Below are positions 58,392-64,000 of a stretch of DNA of 64,000 nt, piece after piece. Within the stretch, counting starts at the first letter, position 1. Each line of letters begins with the position of its first letter. Under the pieces are notes generated by a model, which saw only the letters and a program-made list of their open reading frames with translations, was not told the DNA's origin and did not search any database. The translations under genes were made by a program, and so were the position numbers. The stretch is from an uncultured virus (IMG/VR IMGVR_UViG_3300011223_000001) (Duplodnaviria > Heunggongvirae > Uroviricota > Caudoviricetes), in the IMG/VR virus record IMGVR_UViG_3300011223_000001, positions 124,001 to 188,000 of that record, one strand, 5' to 3'.

Positions 58392-60164
58392 ATCCGCACG
58401 CTGCCATTTCATTCGGTACAGCACGCCGTTAGACATGAACCGACCGTCTTTGTCGACGACAGGTACACGGAAGCGGACGGTGGTTTGACGACCCCGGATT
58501 GGCTTGATGGTAACCGAATGGATTTCGTAGTGGTTCATGGCGTCACGCACCACTTCCACTTTGTAATCCTTAACGGCGACACCTTGTTTCTGAATCGCGA
58601 TGACCGCGTTCAGGATGTCTTTGCGCATCAGGTTGGTAACGTAGGCCTTGGTGATGCCCTTGAGCTTTGCATTGAGCATGCTCTTGTCGATGATGGTCGA
58701 CTTGTCCGGGTAACTCTGCTGCGCAGGCAGCTGGGTGTCTTCCGGGGCGATCTTCATCGCGTCTTCGATGGTCTTCCCGGTCCCGTAGGGATCAGGTAGC
58801 TCTTTAAAGCTCAGGGAGTCCTCGATAGCGCGATTCATGGAGCGCGCCGTGATGACCCCTGTCTGCGACATCTCAAACGCTTTAAGGGCGATGGGGGCGA
58901 CGTTAGGGTCACCTAGGAGCTGGTCGGCAAAAGACGTCGGGGTGTCTTCCGGGTCTTCGTCGGTGATGTCATCGATGGTGGAACCGATCGGATCGAGAAG
59001 CTCATCGTCATCGTCGGTGGCCAGCGTTTCAATCTTACCCGCCTCAGGTGCTTGTGGGACTTCGAAAGTATCCACGTCCAGCCCAGAGAACAAGTCCAAC
59101 CCATTATCCGCGGCATTGCCTGCTCCAGCCACTTCACTGCGGTCTTCGTCGTCTTCGTCCTCGGCCACGGTGGCTGAATCGTCAGTAACGGTCTTGGCAG
59201 TGATCTTGGTTTTGGCAACCGGCGTCTTCTCTTCCTCACCCAGGTTCAGGAACAGCCCTTCGCTGTCTTCGTCCAGTTCGGTGCCTTCCAGCTGGAACTG
59301 GTGCAGGCCGCGCAGCAAGCGAATGAACGCCATCTGAAGTTGACTGCCCTCGATCCCACCGGGGTTGAGGGTTTGCTCCTTGCCGTTCTCGTCTTTGACT
59401 TTCTCTTTACGCCAACTGTCAAGCAAGCCAAGGTTCAGAACAAAGAAGTGAGTACGCAGGCGGAACAGGAAGTTGATATGACCATAGGCGTCTTTGGGGA
59501 TCACCGCCATCTTTGACCTGGCCCGGTCCGGGCCGAGCCACAGGTACAGATCATGCGCCGTCAGGTGCGAGGCTGTGGGGAACAAATCCAAGCTGGCCTG
59601 CGTAATGCCGCCAGTCAAGAGGTCCCACTTGGACTTGGCCGGAATCGAGTTAGGTACTTCGAACTCGATGTACTGGTTCCAGCGGAAACGAGCATGGGCT
59701 TCGACCACGTGTTTCCAGAAGGTGTCGGCGTTGTTGTTCCAGCGGTAGTACGTGGCCTTGTATGAGGCAATGTACTTGTACAGTGGGTTGAGCATGTTGA
59801 AGTTGACCACCAACATGCTTTTCTCGTTGATGGTCAGCGCCTCATCCTTGCGCAGCGGACGGAACGTGCGGTTGACCCGGCGAAAGTCTGCTTCAAGGGT
59901 ATTGGGGTTAACCACAGTGCGCCTTGGATTACCCAGGCTGCCTTCAAGGTGTTTTACGTGTTCAATGAACAGGCGCCCACCTTCGGTGTTGAACAACCGG
60001 TCCTGTGGGGAAGGCCCCACGATCGCCCCGTTGTCGCGGTAGTACTGGTAGATCGAACTCAAAGGTAGATGGAGCTTGCCCATCGGTGCCATACGCGGTT
60101 TGAGCAGCTGTGCGCGCTGCCGTAACCCGTATTGCTGGTAAAACTTCGGCTGTTTATAGCGCAT
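58392..60164 (-). CDS. rpoB: Virion RNAP beta subunit (phiKZ gp178-like), exon 1
   Basis: ATG at 60164 overlaps the beta-prime stop; ends ...VPVVDKDGRFMSNGVLYRMKWQRAD at the 5' splice site. Confidence 0.82.
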
Positions 60165-61815
60165 GTGCCACCCGTGGTTTTGGTTGCCCGGTGATGTACA
60201 GCAGGGTGAGGTTGACGGTATGGATATCGATACCAAAGCTCATCCCGCCACCTGCTTGGATATAAGCGCGGCGTTTGGTGAAATACTTCTTCGCCTCAGC
60301 CACAGCTTCATCAGAGTAGGTGGCGTTATAGCTCATGGTGTCGCCGTCAAAGTCAGCCCCTTTGGCTGTCAGTCGGGCCGGTGGAATACTGGTTGAATCA
60401 TGGTACTGGGGCAGGGAATCACCCCCAAGGCGTGGGAACTCTTTGGCCACGATGGATTCGTCACGAACCCAGTTGCTGTCAAGGCCATAACGCAGCTCAC
60501 CCGGCACTGTGGTCTTGACGTACTGCATCACAGGCGAGGAGCTGTTGAAGTTCTCAACCGGGTAGCGTGTCACGAATGCTGCGGTGTCCTCCCACATACT
60601 CAATCCGGCGAGGTAGATCATCTCGACATACGAGAGCGGTCGAACGAACGCACGGTTAAAGCCTTCGGGTAGTTCGTCGATATCCCGGAAGATCTTGAAG
60701 CAGCCTTTGTCGTCAACGTAAATCAAGGCCAGGTAATAACCCTCGATCTCAACCGGACGGTGGCGCTTGTTGATCACCGAAAGCTCATCCACCACTGCTT
60801 CCAGACCTTCCTCCGTGGACCAACGGTCCATGGTTTCGTTGGTCACTCCCACCCACTCCAACTGCAAGGTCTTTTTGTTGACCAGTTGGATATTGTTGGT
60901 ATTGCTGGAGAAGATTTGATCCAGCAGGGAGTTACGCAGGTGGTACACCGTTTTAGGCAGTACCGCAGCAGCTGCTTGGTACAAGCCCACCACGGCGTCG
61001 TTGAACTTGGGTCGGTTCGGGGCATCCAAGTCCACTGCCGTGACGTCCAATGAGGAGATCACGTTCCGGGTGCCGTTAAACACCTTACGCGATGCCCACT
61101 TGGCCTGGATCATACCCCCCTTGCCTTTGATCAGTGTTTCGAGGTATTCGTAGATCGCCACCACCGTAAGTTGCATGGCATAGCGAGTACGGTCGTAGAT
61201 CGACAGGTCATCCCCACGGTTAATACGTTCGGGGAAGTTGCGCCCTTGAATCAAGCAGCGTTGATACAGGTCATTGATCTCACCGACCGTCACACGGCCC
61301 GCGGCATCGACCTCTACGTCGCGCAAACCGGCTGGCAATACCAACAGATGGCTGAAGGTCGCTTTCGCTCTGTAACGCTCAATCAGCTCGATCTGGACGT
61401 TACGGGTGGTAGAGTCCCCTTTCTCAAACTGAAGGGACTGCCAATTGTCCATGAAGAAGCTGTAGCCGGTTTTACCGTCAACTTCGTTGGACCGTTCGAA
61501 AGTTCCTTTTACGGTGTTAAAGATGGCGTATTCCTTGCCTGCCATGATGTCCACGTAAAACGCTTTCATCTTAGACAGCACCCGGAAGATGATCGGGTGC
61601 AGCACAGGTAGGCGCAGATCGATGTGACCGAAGGTCATGTCCCGCATTGGGTCACCCACGCGCCCAAAGATGGACGTTGAGAACAAACCCTCATCATCGA
61701 AGCTACCGCCAGGACCATCCATGATACCCAGACTCTTGACCTGGGGCACGAGCCGAAGCATTTCCGGCGTGGGGATCAGGAGGCTGATGTTCAAGGGTAG
61801 CAATTTCTTTTTCAC
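60154..61815 (-). CDS. rpoC: Virion RNAP beta-prime subunit, N-terminal/catalytic part (phiKZ gp180-like)
   Basis: GLFSTSIFG, FGHIDL...HP, VLPAGLRD, RKVFNGTRNVI, TRYP and catalytic GADFDGD; GTG start at 61815 with GAGG RBS. Confidence 0.92.
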   Translation of the reverse strand: MKKKLLPLNISLLIPTPEMLRLVPQVKSLGIMDGPGGSFDDEGLFSTSIFGRVGDPMRDMTFGHIDLRLPVLHPIIFRVLSKMKAFYVDIMAGKEYAIFNTVKGTFERSNEVDGKTGYSFFMDNWQSLQFEKGDSTTRNVQIELIERYRAKATFSHLLVLPAGLRDVEVDAAGRVTVGEINDLYQRCLIQGRNFPERINRGDDLSIYDRTRYAMQLTVVAIYEYLETLIKGKGGMIQAKWASRKVFNGTRNVISSLDVTAVDLDAPNRPKFNDAVVGLYQAAAAVLPKTVYHLRNSLLDQIFSSNTNNIQLVNKKTLQLEWVGVTNETMDRWSTEEGLEAVVDELSVINKRHRPVEIEGYYLALIYVDDKGCFKIFRDIDELPEGFNRAFVRPLSYVEMIYLAGLSMWEDTAAFVTRYPVENFNSSSPVMQYVKTTVPGELRYGLDSNWVRDESIVAKEFPRLGGDSLPQYHDSTSIPPARLTAKGADFDGDTMSYNATYSDEAVAEAKKYFTKRRAYIQAGGGMSFGIDIHTVNLTLLYITGQPKPRVAHAL

Positions 61816-61874
61816 GCAGAACACCCCTCGGGCTGGACAACAATATGAATGATTACACGTACCGGAGACCTTAA

Positions 61875-64000
61875 ATGGCCGGCAAGAAGAAACTAGGTGA
61901 TCCAAAAACCAAAGCCCCCATGCTGCTCGGTGGCTTGGATCTGGACGACATCGACAGCCTGTTAGGTGATGGCAGCAACACCACCTCGTCCGGGAACCGC
62001 ACACCAGGCGCCTCGATTCGCAAACTGACCACGTCGAGCAAGAACACCCTGCGTGACCGTGTCACGGCCAAGTCGGTCCTCGCTGCTTTTGCCCGCACGG
62101 CGCTGCCTGATGGCTACACCCGTTTGTTGGGTCTCTACGACGAAGCCCGTTTGGGTGTCCAATCCGTAGTCGACGGCGTTGAACAAACCGAATATGCCGC
62201 CCTTGAGAAGCTGACCGAACAGTTTCAGGACCACCTGCCTAAACTCAAAGGCAAGGTCTCTGATGCAGTCTATGAGCGGATCAAACAGAAGATCGAAGAG
62301 CGTAAGGACGATTATGCCCTGCGTCGCCAAATTGATCAGGCTCAAGGCGCCCGTAAACGCGGGGACTACGATGAAACCAGTGAAGGTGCCCAAGTTCAGC
62401 AGATGCTGGACAACATGGAACTGGATCAACTTCAAAACGAACAGGCCAAAGCCGCAAGTGATGAAGAACACAATAAATTAGAATACGATATCCAACGGGA
62501 CAGCATCCAAGCCCGGTTGGACAAAACACGTTTCAATTTGTTGAACCGTCACCTGGGCATGATTGCCGATGCCAGTCAGCGCAGCACCGCCTATAACGAC
62601 ACCGTTACCTACCAGTTCCAGAAGAAAGCCTTGGAGCTGAACCTGCGCCAGTACTTGGTGCAGCGCAACCTGCTTAAAGTCGCCACTGACGGTCTTCAGT
62701 TGCAACGAGAGGCGTATACCGCCATCGTGCACAACACGTCACTTACAGAAGAACAGAAGACGACCGAAGCTGAAAAGGCCAAGTGGCACCTTAAGCAGCA
62801 GATCCGCAATCCGTTCCATCAGTTGCTCTCTAAGACCGCCGCCGATGCCGCTGCTAACTTCCTGCCGAACCTGTTTAACAACATCGGTTCGAAGACCGCG
62901 GGTACCGTGCGTGGAACCGCCCAAGCGGGCACGGGTCTGCTGGGTATGTTGGTTAGTCGGCTGGCGCAAAACCCTGAAGAAGCCGGCGGGCAGATGCTGG
63001 GTGAAGGGCTGGCGCATGCCTTGCACAGCTACGTCATTCCATACGCGGCCCGTAAAATCAGACCGGCCGCACAGGCGGTTTCTGATCGCCTGACTGACGG
63101 GGCTGATAGCCGTATCGCCTACAACCTTGACAACATGGCGTCGATCGCACAAGACTTCGCCAATGACCCCAGCCAGTCCACTGGCATGCGGGGTAAACTG
63201 CAAGGTTTGGTGCGTGCTTTTGCGCCACAGTTCCGTGTCGATGACCTGGTCAAAACCGGGACTTATCAAACCATTGATAAGGCAGCGTCGTTCAACCAGA
63301 TGTCGCAGCGTTCGATCGTTGAGGTGATCCCAGGTTACCTCGCCCGGATTTTGCAAGAAACCCGGATGATTCGCACGGGTGATCACACGGTAGGGCGTGA
63401 GGTCTTCGACATCACACGCGGGCAGTTTGTCCAAGAACGCAAAGCCCAAGACAACCTGGCCAAGCGCATTGTTTCGGCTGGGGCTCGGCGTTCGGTGCGC
63501 TGGTCGTTGAACAATGCCACGGAACATTACGATGACGAAGGCGTCCTGTCACCTGAGGCTAAGCATGCGCTGGAAGAACGCCTGCTACGGGACGCCATGG
63601 AAGGGCGTCATTTCGATCCTGTGGCCTATACCAACGTCAACGGCTATGCCCCAGGTACCGACCCTGCGGTGTTGAACGAACTTGAGCAGTTCTTCAAAGC
63701 CAAGTTCAAATTCGATGCCAATGGTAAACTGACCAAGGATGCGGGTAACTACCGCAAACGTCAAGAGTACTCTCAGCGCTTTAACGAGCTGCGTGACACC
63801 GTACGCAGTCCAATCGCTGAAATCGAGCGACTGCTACGTTCGGGTAACCACACCGCGTTGCGTGATCTGGGCATCATCAAGACCGTTGAAGGTGAAGACC
63901 GGATCGACTTTGGTGTGCTTCGCGACATGTACCGCGACTTGGGTGATCCGAATGGAGGACCCGGTACGCCGCCCCCTGCACCACCGGGTCCAACCGACCC
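61875..64000 (+). CDS. Tail tape-measure / lytic protein (phiKZ gp181-like), 3'-truncated by the window
   Basis: ATG at 61875 with GGAG RBS; the frame appears open to the window end, which would explain its absence from the track; YQFQKKALEL and QRSIVEVIPGYLARIL motifs; divergent from the beta-prime gene. Confidence 0.75.
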   Translation, partial: MAGKKKLGDPKTKAPMLLGGLDLDDIDSLLGDGSNTTSSGNRTPGASIRKLTTSSKNTLRDRVTAKSVLAAFARTALPDGYTRLLGLYDEARLGVQSVVDGVEQTEYAALEKLTEQFQDHLPKLKGKVSDAVYERIKQKIEERKDDYALRRQIDQAQGARKRGDYDETSEGAQVQQMLDNMELDQLQNEQAKAASDEEHNKLEYDIQRDSIQARLDKTRFNLLNRHLGMIADASQRSTAYNDTVTYQFQKKALELNLRQYLVQRNLLKVATDGLQLQREAYTAIVHNTSLTEEQKTTEAEKAKWHLKQQIRNPFHQLLSKTAADAAANFLPNLFNNIGSKTAGTVRGTAQAGTGLLGMLVSRLAQNPEEAGGQMLGEGLAHALHSYVIPYAARKIRPAAQAVSDRLTDGADSRIAYNLDNMASIAQDFANDPSQSTGMRGKLQGLVRAFAPQFRVDDLVKTGTYQTIDKAASFNQMSQRSIVEVIPGYLARILQETRMIRTGDHTVGREVFDITRGQFVQERKAQDNLAKRIVSAGARRSVRWSLNNATEHYDDEGVLSPEAKHALEERLLRDAMEGRHFDPVAYTNVNGYAPGTDPAVLNELEQFFKAKFKFDANGKLTKDAGNYRKRQEYSQRFNELRDTVRSPIAEIERLLRSGNHTALRDLGIIKTVEGEDRIDFGVLRDMYRDLGDPNGGPGTPPPAPPGPTD

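Noticed and set aside
54231..60236. Reading the beta gene as two natural subunits with a free-standing nuclease between them, or as an intein
   Set aside because: Group I core elements, U and G boundaries and exact frame restoration fit an intron. The in-frame TAA excludes an intein. The ATG at 56813 is the intron's last three bases.
61816..62004. Cys-rich N-terminal extension of the beta-prime ORF
   Set aside because: Overlaps the divergent gp181-like gene; GTG 61815 has an RBS and precedes the conserved region.
62739..63527. 262-aa minus-strand ORF and other short ORFs beyond 61900
   Set aside because: Shadows of the long plus-strand frame starting at 61875.
1..64000. Alternative genetic code or tRNA genes
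   Set aside because: Conserved genes translate full-length in the standard code with all three stops used, and I found no tRNA motifs by eye. tRNAscan was not run.

Overview
This is a 64-kb segment of a phiKZ-like jumbo myophage genome (probably Chimalliviridae). It is mostly the late/virion region. In order it holds the end of a probable portal gene, three gp131-like tail proteins, a collagen fibre, a lysis cassette (PG-binding muramidase, holin candidate, overlapping spanins), RuvC, five 'NPH'-repeat fibre paralogs, UvsX/RecA, SbcC, central spike plus PAAR, RNase HI and internal head proteins. It then holds a cluster of small putative early genes, the prohead protease, four virion RNA polymerase (vRNAP) subunit genes and the start of a gp181-like tape-measure gene. 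The strongest unexplained structure is a 1581-nt group I intron (56811..58391, minus strand) in the vRNAP beta gene. It carries a zinc-repeat plus DUF559/Vsr-like endonuclease in its P1 loop, its internal guide sequence lies inside the endonuclease codons, and a hairpin hides the endonuclease RBS. Other notable items are a collagen fibre with four tandem foldon-like motifs, a head protein that looks like a polyprotein with a cleavable membrane-like module, about 16 intergenic hairpins with a shared CATA/TATG base, a repeated promoter-plus-hairpin motif, and a second spanin-like gene pair. All phiKZ/SPN3US gp-number equivalences are from recalled motifs and synteny, not from database searches.
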